From positions 248,001 to 312,000 of the forward strand of contig BAAIJX010000022.1 in assembly GCA_054600435.1 (NCBI GenBank): DNA of 64,000 bases. Direction: 5' to 3'. The stretch is from Neophaeotheca triangularis. Its lineage: Eukaryota. The translations under genes and the position numbers were made by a program. Numbering within the stretch: the stretch's first letter is position 1; every line of letters begins with the position of its first letter. The notes under the pieces were generated by a model. The model worked only from the letters and a program-made list of their open reading frames with translations. It was not told the origin of the DNA and did no database searches. Shown one piece after another: positions 24,971 through 35,039 of the stretch.

Positions 24971-26136
24971 TCAGGGCTGCTCTTCGCGCAGTAGTCGTAC
25001 CTGCATACCACTTCTATCCAGAGCCTTACCAGTCTGCCAGCTAAAGTGATGTCCACAATGGCCTATGACACAACTCGTCAGCACTCTTCCCCCTCAAATC
25101 AAAAACCAAATAACAAAAAAGACTTACAGCTCATATGATCACAGCCCCCATTCTTCTCAATCCGCTTCCGACACCTGGAACACTCCTTCGTAATTTTACC
25201 CACCGTCGCCTCACTACTCCTTTCCTCCTGAGCTTGCCGCCTCCTCGTTTCATCCGCTTCTCCGGCTTCCTGCAATTGATGTTGGTGATTCGTGCAGCTC
25301 TGGCCAACGTGCCAGGGGACGTCACATTTGAGGCACCAAGCGGAGTTGCAGAGTTTGCAGTAGAAGCCTAGGTCGTCTGGGTGCGGGAAGTGGCCATAGG
25401 TGCAAGCGGCGTTGCGGCAGGTTTGATACGAGGGGTCGGAGCGGAGGATGGCTTGGTGGCTTTGTCTGCGTAGCTGGAGTGTCGTCGGTTAGTTCGGTGT
25501 GAAGATAGTGGGATGGAGGAGAGGGCAGGCTTACGTTTCGAAAGCAATTGGGGAGGCCAGTCGTTTGATTTCCGTCTCTTCTAGAGTTTGGGTGCACTGC
25601 GCGCAGATAATGGCTCCTTTAGCTTTGTTGTGGATTTGGACTTCCAAGTGCTGCTGCCAGCAGTCGATGCATACGTTGTGAACGTGCTGGGAGGTGGTGT
25701 CTCCCGGGTGCTTGATCGTTGGAAAGTAGGCGAGCCGCTTAGATTCGACGCAGATGATGCAGTCGTGCTTTGTCTAGGCCATGGCATCAGCTGAGATCGG
25801 CGAGTAGGTGGCATTCGTGCTTCGTTGTGGACTGAGCTTTTTGTTTCAAAAGCCGCGGCATCTTACCAAGTATTTGCCAATCTCTTTTGCCCAATTGCAA
25901 AGAAATCCATTCGCGAGACGAGCAATGGCGTAGAGCCCCCTTCCGAGTCCGATGCAAAGGTTGTAGAGTCCTAGAAGCGTGCAAGAGACGACGACTATCA
26001 AGATCCAGAGTAGACACAAGTAAATTGCAGCCGAAATGGCATGCAGAAGACAAAAGCTGGTAATCAGGAAAGCCCCGACCAAGACTAGGAAGATTGCTTG
26101 GAAAGGGCGCAGAACGCACGCGGTGAAGAGGTCCAT
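24971..26136 (-). CDS. RBR E3 ligase-like protein, copy B, with N-terminal hydrophobic segment; possible frameshifted pseudogene. Exons 26136-25867, 25773-25535, 25465 (or 25473)-25128, 25062-24971
   Basis: Hand translation: RING1 HDCIIC..H..VCIDC..ICAQC; IBR CRNAAC..YCKLC..WCLKC..WH.GQSC; Rcat TKECSRCRKRIEKNGGCDHMSCHCGHHF. Three GTAAG donors with branch points and YAG acceptors. The RBR frames are not in the ORF track. Confidence 0.75.
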
Positions 26137-26488
26137 TTTCTGTAGAAGTAATGTAGGCAAGGTCGAAGAGGCAACGGTGTTTGTAATTTTGAATCTGTTC
26201 GGCTCCTTATTAGAGGTTATGTCGCTACTTATGCTTTCTCGCTCTTAACTTGAGGCTCCAAGGGTCATCGGGCGAGACAGTTCAGGCAAGTGAGACTGCA
26301 TGTTGTAGTAGTCGTCTCGGAGCGGCGATTTCCCAAGTTTGCACGTCTAGCCTTCCTTTGACAGATACGACTGATAGGACCCGTTATTCTCTCCTAGGGA
26401 GTCAGGGGCTTCTTTGCCATACAGCTGCTCACCAGGCAAGCTGTCCTCCGCAACAGGTTTCGTACAAAGTTTTCGGACTTGGCAAACC

Positions 26489-28318
26489 TCAAAATCCCCT
26501 TCCCCTTCCTCGCCCGCCACCACGACCTCTTCCCTTCCCGAACCCTCTGCCTCTACCACCACCGCCACCACCTCCTCCACGTCCGCCTCTCCAGCCTCCG
26601 CCTCCCCCTCCACGGCCGGCACCCCGAGAAAATCGCTCCTCCTCCTGCCTAGGCCCAGCAGCCATCCTCTCCGCCCTCTCCTCCTCCCCAACATCAAAAG
26701 GATTCGGAATTCCCAACATCTCACAAAACACCTTTGTCTGAGAATTTGAATACTCCTTCAACCCACCGGCAGCCTGCTCATACTGCGGAAGCCGGAAATT
26801 GCCGCCGTCATAGGCCGGTGCCGTTTGCTCAAAATTCTGGGGTACTTGCAAGTCGGTATCTTTGAAACTCTCGTCGATGCATTGCCTGTGCTCGGCTATG
26901 AGGCTGGCGTATTCCGCTTGAGGCTTTGCTCGCGGGGCTGTGGCTTTGGGGTCGCCGAGGACGAGGGGTTCGGTTTTAGCGAGGGCGCGGGTGATGGCGA
27001 GCCATTCTCGGTCGTAGTGGAGGGTAAGGGGCCGCTGAGAATCCAGGTCGGTTTCAGGGGTTTCGACTGGTACGTTCATGAGCTGGAGGAATTCTTTGTG
27101 AGGAAGGCATTTGTCGAGGGCCAGGAAGCGGGTGGTTTTGTTCGTTATTTCCGTTGGGTGCTCCATTGGCTCTGGCGGAGGAGCACGCTCTGGTTTTCTG
27201 AAGGATTCTGGAAGCTGTGCGCGTGCTTCGTCGGTTACTAGAGGGGCTGTGGCGGTAGGCGTGGGCTTATAAGGGGCAGCTTGGGGCTCCGTTGGCATTG
27301 CGATACCGTCCAGTCCCTGTCCTGGTGCAACAGGCGCTACACCATTTTCGTCGTCTTCGAGCTCAAGATCAATCTCGTCCGGGTTTATGGGGGCTACAGT
27401 GCCATTGGTAGTCTGTGCAGTTTTGTCGGGGTTGGGACCTTCCGTATCGCCATCCACATCAAGATCAATCTCATTCTCGTCGACCACATTGGTAGTGTCA
27501 GCGTTCTGTACACGTGGGTCAACAGAGCCTCCTCCATTCTGAAGAGAATTCCCACTATCCTCCCCATCACCGTGAGAGACGACAGCCGCGTACTTGCAAT
27601 GCAGATGCGCACTGAACCACCATCTTGGCCTCAGCCTCTGCAGAACCAAGTCCGCCGCGACACTCCCAAGCTGCCCACTCGTAGCATCCTCCTTGAAGTA
27701 CGGCTTCTGCCTGAAGAGCTTGCCATGATCGCCCTTCCATTCCATACCTCTAGGCCAATCGTGGCTTACCGCAACATCCACCTGTGTCCGGACCTGCAAC
27801 AACCTCCGCACGTCCAACTCGCGAACGTGGTAGATGCTCTTGATATCACTCTCATTGTAAGGTAGCCTCTCGAAGTGCGGTTTGCGGTAATTGTAAGCTT
27901 TCCATATCCCGCTCAAGCCAGCTATTCTCAACGGTCCAACCCTCAGAATATTTGCAGCGCCCATGTAGTAGATGTTCGGAGCTACCCAACCGCCGTAATA
28001 TAGCTCAAAGAGGTAATTGCTTGCTTCATGGTTGCCGCCGACGAAGACTGTGAGGTAGGGCGCAGTTCGTTGGCCAGAGTAGTATTCGTGGAAGTCGCAC
28101 ATCTCGCGATATTTCGCCGGCATTGCCACGCAATTGAGGTCGTAGGCATTGCGGACTGACTGGAAGTCACCGCCAATGATTAGCAAGTCGACTCCGGGCC
28201 ATCCTTTGACCTCGCATGCTTTGGCGATTGAGGCGTAGATGGCATGAAGGGTGCCGTGGCCGCAGCCCTCGATGGCTAGCCGAACACCGTGTCTTTCAGT
28301 CAGCTGAACGTCGACCAT
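26489..28318 (-). CDS. DBR1: RNA lariat debranching enzyme
   Basis: EGCGHG, GGDFQ, GGNHEASNYL.ELYYGGWVAPNIYY, SHDWP, WFSAHLH, TRFLALDKCLP; RGG-rich C-terminal tail. Confidence 0.97.
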   Translation of the reverse strand: MVDVQLTERHGVRLAIEGCGHGTLHAIYASIAKACEVKGWPGVDLLIIGGDFQSVRNAYDLNCVAMPAKYREMCDFHEYYSGQRTAPYLTVFVGGNHEASNYLFELYYGGWVAPNIYYMGAANILRVGPLRIAGLSGIWKAYNYRKPHFERLPYNESDIKSIYHVRELDVRRLLQVRTQVDVAVSHDWPRGMEWKGDHGKLFRQKPYFKEDATSGQLGSVAADLVLQRLRPRWWFSAHLHCKYAAVVSHGDGEDSGNSLQNGGGSVDPRVQNADTTNVVDENEIDLDVDGDTEGPNPDKTAQTTNGTVAPINPDEIDLELEDDENGVAPVAPGQGLDGIAMPTEPQAAPYKPTPTATAPLVTDEARAQLPESFRKPERAPPPEPMEHPTEITNKTTRFLALDKCLPHKEFLQLMNVPVETPETDLDSQRPLTLHYDREWLAITRALAKTEPLVLGDPKATAPRAKPQAEYASLIAEHRQCIDESFKDTDLQVPQNFEQTAPAYDGGNFRLPQYEQAAGGLKEYSNSQTKVFCEMLGIPNPFDVGEEERAERMAAGPRQEEERFSRGAGRGGGGGGWRGGRGGGGGGGGRGRGFGKGRGRGGGRGRGRGF

Positions 28319-28635
28319 TATGGTGGTAGTTCTTTTTCTGGTGTGCCGACTGGCACGGAGCTGTCGGTTACTACATGTTTGTCTGGACGAAGCTTGCTCG
28401 ACGTTTTGTTCGAGGTCGAACTTGGGAAGTCGCGCCAAGAGATTTGGTTTGTGAAGCACCTTGCGGCCGGTCTTCCACTTCCTCGACTCAAGACATACAT
28501 AGATAGTGAGTTCACTCGTTGAAACTAACGTCCTACTTGACAAACTGACATGAGATCATATTCACCAGGTCTCGGCTCCCTTCTGTTCTCTATCTGGTGG
28601 TCTTTATCGTGCTTTCGACCAACAATTTCTCCGCT
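28319..28635. promoter_or_regulatory. Short bidirectional promoter region between DBR1 and the Rpp21/Snm1-family gene
   Basis: 317 bp between two divergent ATGs; inferred from geometry only. Confidence 0.55.
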
Positions 28636-29205
28636 ATGGATGCGAACATGACCACCGCCAATCTCAGGCATCTGGACGAAGCTTCTCACCTCCTGTCCGT
28701 TGCATCTCCAGCCGTTTCCCGCTATCTACAGAGCATTCGCAAGGATTCCGCTTCCGAGAACGGTATAGGGGAGCAATTCGAATCGACTTCGAGCTGTAAC
28801 GCCTGTGGCAATATCATGATTCCGGGTTGGTCTTGTTTTGACGTCGAGCGAAGCCCCTCGAATTCAAGCCGACCGAATAGAAAGCGTACCAGGAAAGGCC
28901 AATCGCGAACTAAAGATACGAAGTCCATTGCTATGAAGTGCTCGAGTTGCAATAGTATCAACCAGAGCCGTTTCTCGAAGCCTGCTACCAAACAACCAAC
29001 AAGACCGTTGTTGCCCACGCCTGCCCCAGAGCAATCACATACTGTTGTTCAGGAGAAGCAAATCGACTCGCCAGCGCCGATCGGTACTAAGAAAAGAGCT
29101 CGAGGTAAGAAGGCAGGTCTCGAGGCGATGCTCGCAAAGAGCAAAGCGGACCAACCCAAGTCAAAAGGCAGCGGCTTGGACATAATGGACTTCATGAAAC
29201 GCTGA
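28636..29205 (+). CDS. RNase P/MRP zinc-ribbon subunit, Rpr2/Rpp21/Snm1 family
   Basis: LRHLDEASHLL..SPAVSRYL helix, CNACG..MIPG and CSSC zinc ligands, basic C-terminus. Confidence 0.75.
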   Translation: MDANMTTANLRHLDEASHLLSVASPAVSRYLQSIRKDSASENGIGEQFESTSSCNACGNIMIPGWSCFDVERSPSNSSRPNRKRTRKGQSRTKDTKSIAMKCSSCNSINQSRFSKPATKQPTRPLLPTPAPEQSHTVVQEKQIDSPAPIGTKKRARGKKAGLEAMLAKSKADQPKSKGSGLDIMDFMKR

Positions 29206-29231
29206 AGCCACTACGTCTACGAGGCTCACTC

Positions 29232-29308
29232 TCCCGGGTGAAAGTAAAAGCGGGACAAAATGTTAGAGAGTGTCTGAAATTCTGTCCCGCTTTTACTGTC
29301 ACCCGGGA
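29232..29308. repeat. Near-perfect inverted repeat (hairpin or MITE-like remnant)
   Basis: 29232-29257 TCCCGGGTGAAAGTAAAAGCGGGACA is the reverse complement of 29283-29308 with 1 mismatch in 26. Pairing continues imperfectly to a ~5-nt loop. Confidence 0.9.
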
Positions 29309-29607
29309 ATCACTGCACTAAAAGATTCGTCTTATTACTACTCTTTGCCCTCCAGGGGTGAGTAGTGAAGTATCTGTCTCCGAAAGGGGGATGTCTAGCG
29401 TCTTGGCATCTTCATGCGCTAAGACCGATAAGATTCTTATCTTTTCACCCTCATCTCGACCCCGCTGCGTCATATCGCGGAAAAGTTTAGAAGGACGAAG
29501 ACGAGATTAGCAACCTGGAATAGTAACCATCTAAGGTATTGACAAAACACGCTTAATTAAACGACAACTTCAACGACAACCGACAGCACACACACGCATC
29601 CACACTC

Positions 29608-31122
29608 ATGGGGCTAAAGCACGACATGACCGAACAACAAGATGGCGGGCGCCTTACTGGCGCGTCCCTCGCGAAAGATCTCTTCGAAGACATGGGTCGG
29701 AAAGTCGAAGGCATGGGAGGACTAGCAGACGGCGAATCGAGTGAGCCCAAAGTCGTCGACGAGGTCGAGAGTTTGTGTATGAACTGCCACGCCGACGGTA
29801 CCACACGCCTGCTTCTCACCAAGATCCCGTACTTCCGTGAGATCATCATCACTTCATTTTACTGCCAAGAGTGTCATTTCAAGAACTCGGAGATACAGTC
29901 TGCAGGCAGTATTCAAGAGAAGGGAGCCAAGTATGCGCTCAGGATTGAGAACGACAGAGACTTGCAACGTCAAGTGGTCAAGACCGACCACTGCGTTTTC
30001 CGGATAGAGGACATTGATCTGGAGGTGCCATCCGGTCGTGGGCAGTACACCAACGTAGAAGGCATCATAAGCACCGTGAAAGAGGATCTCGAAAGTCAGC
30101 AAGCGGAGAGGATGCGGCAAATGCCCGAGATTGGCGCGCAGGTTGCGGCAGTAATCAGGAAGCTCGCGGACATGCTGGAAGGTAGGAGTTTCCCTTTCGC
30201 TGTCTCTGCGGACGACATGACAGGCAACTCTTGGATCGAGCCACAACCCAACGACGGCGTAGGCAAGTGGGCCAAATCAGAGTACAACCGAACGCCCGCG
30301 CAAAACTCCACGCTGGGTCTCGGAGAAGAGGCAGAGCAAGTTGCATCAGAAGCGCCAGAAACGAACATCAGGCCTGAATACCACTCGGCGAACTTGACAG
30401 GAGGAAGAGAAGCCCCCGCAACCGGAGCAGAGATGCCCTCCAACGTCGACCAAGAGGACATTGTGGAAAACCAAGTTTACTCCTTCCCAGCGACCTGTCC
30501 AGGCTGCACGCGCCCATGCACCACCAACATGAAAATGGTCAACATCCCCTACTTCAAACAAGTTGTGCTCATGAGCACCGTCTGCCACGACTGCGGCTAC
30601 CGTAGCAACGAAGTAAAGACGGGAGGTGAAGTGCCTGAGAAAGGCCGTAAAATCACGCTGCATGTCGAGAATAGCGAGGATTTGGCCAGAGACGTCTTGA
30701 AGAGCGAGAGCGCCGCTCTCCACTGCCCAGAGCTCCAACTTCGTGTCGAGCCCGGGACGCTCGGTGGCCGCTTCACCACTGCTGAAGGCTTGCTCACTCA
30801 GATCAGAAGAGACTTGCGCGCCCAGGCTTTCGGGCTCGAAGACGGTGATGCAGAGGTCGAGAGAGCAGGTGACGGCATGGCTCCGGAGTCGAAGAGGACG
30901 TGGGAGGAGTTCTTTGGTGGACTTACCGAGGCTATCGAAGGGAAAAGGAAGTTTACGATTGTGTTGGAGGATCCGTTGGCGAGTTCTTACATCCAGAGTT
31001 TTACTGCTCCTGCTCCGGATCCGCAGATTGAGATTGAGGATTATGAGAGGTCGGAGCAGGAGATGGAGGATTTGGGACTGAATGATATGAAGACCGAGGG
31101 GTATGAGGAAGATGGTCAGTAG
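29608..31122 (+). CDS. ZPR1: Zinc finger protein Zpr1 (eEF1A chaperone)
   Basis: Two ZnF-jr repeats: ESLCMNC..GTTRLLLTKIPYFREII..F.C..C and FPATCPGC..IPYFKQVVLMSTVC.DCGYRSNEVKTGG; PGTLGGRFTT.EGLL. Confidence 0.97.
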   Translation: MGLKHDMTEQQDGGRLTGASLAKDLFEDMGRKVEGMGGLADGESSEPKVVDEVESLCMNCHADGTTRLLLTKIPYFREIIITSFYCQECHFKNSEIQSAGSIQEKGAKYALRIENDRDLQRQVVKTDHCVFRIEDIDLEVPSGRGQYTNVEGIISTVKEDLESQQAERMRQMPEIGAQVAAVIRKLADMLEGRSFPFAVSADDMTGNSWIEPQPNDGVGKWAKSEYNRTPAQNSTLGLGEEAEQVASEAPETNIRPEYHSANLTGGREAPATGAEMPSNVDQEDIVENQVYSFPATCPGCTRPCTTNMKMVNIPYFKQVVLMSTVCHDCGYRSNEVKTGGEVPEKGRKITLHVENSEDLARDVLKSESAALHCPELQLRVEPGTLGGRFTTAEGLLTQIRRDLRAQAFGLEDGDAEVERAGDGMAPESKRTWEEFFGGLTEAIEGKRKFTIVLEDPLASSYIQSFTAPAPDPQIEIEDYERSEQEMEDLGLNDMKTEGYEEDGQ

Positions 31123-31265
31123 GGGTTTATATACCAAAAGGAACGACGGATATTGAAAAGACGAAGAGACGACTAGACGTTCGTGAGAAGTATTGCATGG
31201 AAAGTACCAAATAGCTACAACACAAATACTCTTACCCAACTCCACCTATCCTCTCTCACATTCAC

Positions 31266-31964
31266 CTACCTCATCCACCACTGTTCCGGCTCCCCCCACT
31301 GATCCTCATGCTCATCCTCATCCTCATCCTCCGCCCCCGCAACAGCATCCTCCTCCTCATTCATTAATCTCGCCCTCTTAGCCCCCCCAACAACAATCTT
31401 TTTACTCTTCAACCCCACCTCAATCCCTCCTTCTCAACACCTGAACTCCTCTCTTCTTAGGTCAGCCCCACAAACCGCATCTGCCTCCGCCTCCGCCTCC
31501 TCTCCAGCAAGGTGAACCCAATCCTGCCCGACAGTAAAAACCCACACCCACCTATCCTTCCCACAAACCCGCAATTCCAGCAGCCGATGCCCCGAGCGAT
31601 CCATCTCAGCCCGAATATCAGTATAGCAAACCCCTACACAGAGCTCAGTAATGCCGTCTTCAACATTGTCCTCACCACCCTCCACTTCATCCTGCCAACC
31701 ACCCTTTCCGCTCTTCCCTTCCCTAACCCCCCTTTTCCTTTTTGCAATCGTGTTTGCTGCCCTCGGCATTCACCCATCTATCCCCTGGCGGATGGAATAA
31801 CACTTCAAACCCCCCAAAACCGCTGACGTGAGGGTGTTCGCTGGTCTTGCAGAGAGGGCTGCCGCTGTTGAGGGATCAGTTGCGGGCGTTGATTTGGAGG
31901 GCTGTGTCGGTTGGGTGTTCGGGTTGGAAGAGGGGAGGGGCGGGGTGTCAGGGGGTGGGGACAT
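31266..31964 (-). pseudogene. Degenerate orphan ORF (in-frame stop plus apparent frameshift)
   Basis: ATG at 31964 follows a CT-rich leader. TGA at 31772-31770 is followed directly by an in-frame ATG. A coding-looking acidic tail (NEEEDAVAGAEDEDEDEHEDQWGEPEQWWMR*) lies in another frame. Confidence 0.3.
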
Positions 31965-32626
31965 GATGTGGGGTGGTTGGAAGGCTGGGAGAGTTTGGAG
32001 GGTAGAGGGTGCTTAACACGGGGAAGAGGGTTGCGTGGTCGGAGTTTAGGTTGGGTTGGTCTGAGTGCTGGAGATTGGTTGTGCTTGGTAGGTGGTGAAA
32101 GGGGTGGTTACGTTCGACGTGCTTGGTTGATAGGTTTGATAGCGAGTTTGAAAATCGATCTCAGCGTGCCGGACGCAGAAATCGAAGATACTGTGATTGG
32201 ATCTTGAGGTTTGGAGAAAGGGAAAAGAAAGATAGGGAGTCCGAGGGATTGATAACGTTGATATACTTACGCTACACACCTTTGTCTCAGTTTGCCTGAG
32301 GAAAAGGCATTGTATTCTTTTGGCAAAACACTGATGGACGGATTCGAGGGTCTTGGAGCACCTTTAAGCCTTTCGACCTCGAATGCACCAAATAGAATGC
32401 GAGTTGTAGTCTTTGTTGTTATTGTTGCTTGGAAAAGTTCAGCTGCTTCGACTGTGGCAACGCTTTGCACAGATGCTCAATCTTCGCAACGCCGTAGATG
32501 CGTTTATTCACCATTTCGCCGCCCCCATAGCCAGCCAGCTAGGCCGCTCCGTTGTATAACCCGTCCCATGCCCATGCACCCTGAAAACGCCGTACCCAAT
32601 CCCAACACCACGACCTTCACACTCCC

Positions 32627-33547
32627 TCACCGGTAAAACTCCCCTCTCTTGACATTAACCCCATACTCACCCACCGCCATACCCAAATCCTCCATCGTCA
32701 AGACAGTCCTCCCACCCTGACCACCGCCGGCTCCTCCACCACCAAACCCCGCTCTCGGCCCACCAAGCGGCGCCCCCTTACCGGCAGCCTCCTTCCCTTT
32801 TTTCCCGCCACCACCTTCCGCCTCGCCTCCCTGGCCACCAGCATTGACGCCAAAACCGGCAGCACCTCCCAATCCGGTCAGCGGGTTATTGCTAGTAGTA
32901 TTCGTGGACCTGATACGGGAATACTGGTAGGCGTCCGTAGCAATGTCTGCTATGAACTTCTGCGTCGCGAGTGCGAGGAGTCGCGCTAGAGGGCGAGGAG
33001 TTTGGGGTGGAGGTGGCAGACCCGCAAGAGTAAGATAGTAGTCGCAGACCGCGTCCGGGATTAAGGGAGTGTAATCGTCCATTTTACCCAGAAACTCGCG
33101 CAGTGAGGCATCCTTCTTCTGAGGAATGCGGGGTTCGATTGTTGTTGGGGGGAGGACTGGGTCGTTGGTCGTGGGTGGATTCGAGTCGGATGGGTTGGGT
33201 GGTGGTTGTTGTGAGGGGGCACGCGTGTCGGAGCCGCCGTCGATGTTCATGGGGTCAGCGCCGCTTGTGGAGGATTGAGGGTTCATTTCAGGTTCTATTG
33301 AGGCGTCGAGGGAGGCGTCTGGGAGGTCTTGGTCGGTGGGGGGCTGGGGTTGGTCGGGATTGGAAGATATCTGGGGAAGGGTAGTAGGGAGGTCGGAATG
33401 AGTCTGCTGAGTCTGGGAATCGGGAACGGTGTCGTTGCTGGAGGCGGGATCGATTGAGGTGGTGAGGGGTTGATTGTTCTCGGTGGTGGGGGCGGAGGCG
33501 GAGGCGGAGGGAGTAGTAGTGGAGTTGTTGTCGGTAGGGTCTGCCAT
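32627..33547 (-). CDS. TAF10: TFIID/SAGA subunit Taf10
   Basis: [67 protein letters not shown] histone fold. Confidence 0.97.
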   Translation of the reverse strand: MADPTDNNSTTTPSASASAPTTENNQPLTTSIDPASSNDTVPDSQTQQTHSDLPTTLPQISSNPDQPQPPTDQDLPDASLDASIEPEMNPQSSTSGADPMNIDGGSDTRAPSQQPPPNPSDSNPPTTNDPVLPPTTIEPRIPQKKDASLREFLGKMDDYTPLIPDAVCDYYLTLAGLPPPPQTPRPLARLLALATQKFIADIATDAYQYSRIRSTNTTSNNPLTGLGGAAGFGVNAGGQGGEAEGGGGKKGKEAAGKGAPLGGPRAGFGGGGAGGGQGGRTVLTMEDLGMAVGEYGVNVKRGEFYR

Positions 33548-34387
33548 GGTGAATGGGAGGCGCGTGACTGGCGCGCGGCACGTGATGCGGCGGAAGAGTG
33601 AGGCGGCAGCGGCGTCAACTCAATGGCTCCTTGTGCTTCTCCAATGCTGTTGTTGTCGCTACTACTATTCGTCGTATCAATGGACAAGATCAATGCGTGG
33701 TCGAATGGCAGCTGGGCCAGGGCGTGAGCTGCAGGTCGACTTTCACATGTCATGGCTTGGCACCAGCAGCCGGATGCATCCAAGCCGAAGCTGTCCCGAT
33801 TTGTCCGATGAGGCTTGCGGCTGTGAGAGAACTCATGCAGCATCAAATGTGTGATATATCGCATTTTTCTTACAATAATCTCGTCCTCATGCTGACCTCT
33901 TCCCCAACACTACTGCCCCTCAAGCATCATCCATCGTCTTGGATCATCGATATCGACCTTCTCTGTTCTTTGTAGCATCCTCATCCATCATGGTGCATGG
34001 TGCATGGTACATGGTGCCTCCACACGAACGACATCGTTGGAGCGCAGGACAAAACTGACAGTTGCACGACGATCCGTATGCGTGTCTGTACAGCGCAGCA
34101 AACATGGAACCAACACAGGCTGCCTGCATACTGTGCTACAGTAGTGATGCCGCCGGCGAGAACTCAGGAGGTTGGGCACTGGTTGGGCATGCTTGGGCCA
34201 AGGAAGCTGCCCTGCCCTGCATGTCACACAAGTACTAGTAGCTTTCTCTCGTCTTCTTCCCCATCACCATCTCATTGATATATCCCCTTGTGTCCCTATC
34301 TTCTTTCTACTTCTACTTCCGTGCCACTTCAGTCGCTACTTTCCCGTCTTCAAGCGTACACCTCGTCAACGTTTGCTACCGATCGAC

Positions 34388-35039
34388 ATGTCTGTTCAAC
34401 CAACCCCCCACGCGGACGGTCAAGGAAGGCACATTGAGACCTTCCGCTGAACACTACCACAACGACACGGACATCAACGGCAGTACGTCTTCCGACGTAA
34501 CCGATGGACAGTCCCCCACTACGCGTGCACATTCGGGGAACTATGCTTTGCAAGACAATCAGACACCTCTCAATTCACTTCAGCAGCAAGCAAAAAAGCC
34601 ATCGATGAATCGACTAGCTTTGCAGGACTACCAGATGCAGCTTATGCTAGCTGAGATTAATAACAGGAAGAGACTATTGCAGCAGCAGCAAAGAGCCAAT
34701 GCCGCCTCTGCTGATACAGCACTCCTGGCGTCAGCAGAAGAGAACGAGGACGGGACTCGTCCAGTCTTCGATGCTTACCCACCGTTTGCCGCACCTTCCA
34801 GGGAGCCACAGGGTTCTGAAAACCCTCCTGCCTCGGTCCCCGACGCTGTGAACCGAACCCTCCCTCCATGGCCTTGCGGCTGTACCAGAGCTCAGACCCT
34901 CCCTGGCCCGGAGGGGAGGATCCGCATCGCCCCTGTGCGTGAGGGCCGCCAAGAGGCAAACTGCGATGCATGGTTCCTCAACACGGGCGGGCTGTTGGAG
35001 TACAACCACGAGAAGCCTTGTGGTAGGGTTCAGTATTAG
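34388..35039 (+). CDS. Hypothetical protein with ALQDYQMQLML (Som1/Flo8-type) motif; start uncertain
   Basis: The long open frame contains GNYALQDNQ.. and ALQDYQMQLMLAEINNRKRLL. The first in-frame ATG is at 34605. The upstream ATG at 34388 is out of frame by one base across a C6 run (34404-34409). Confidence 0.5.

Noticed and set aside
31770..31772. A-to-I editing of the in-frame TGA to TGG
   Set aside because: Stop-codon editing is documented mainly in Sordariomycete sexual tissue, the taxon here is unknown, and a further frameshift would remain.
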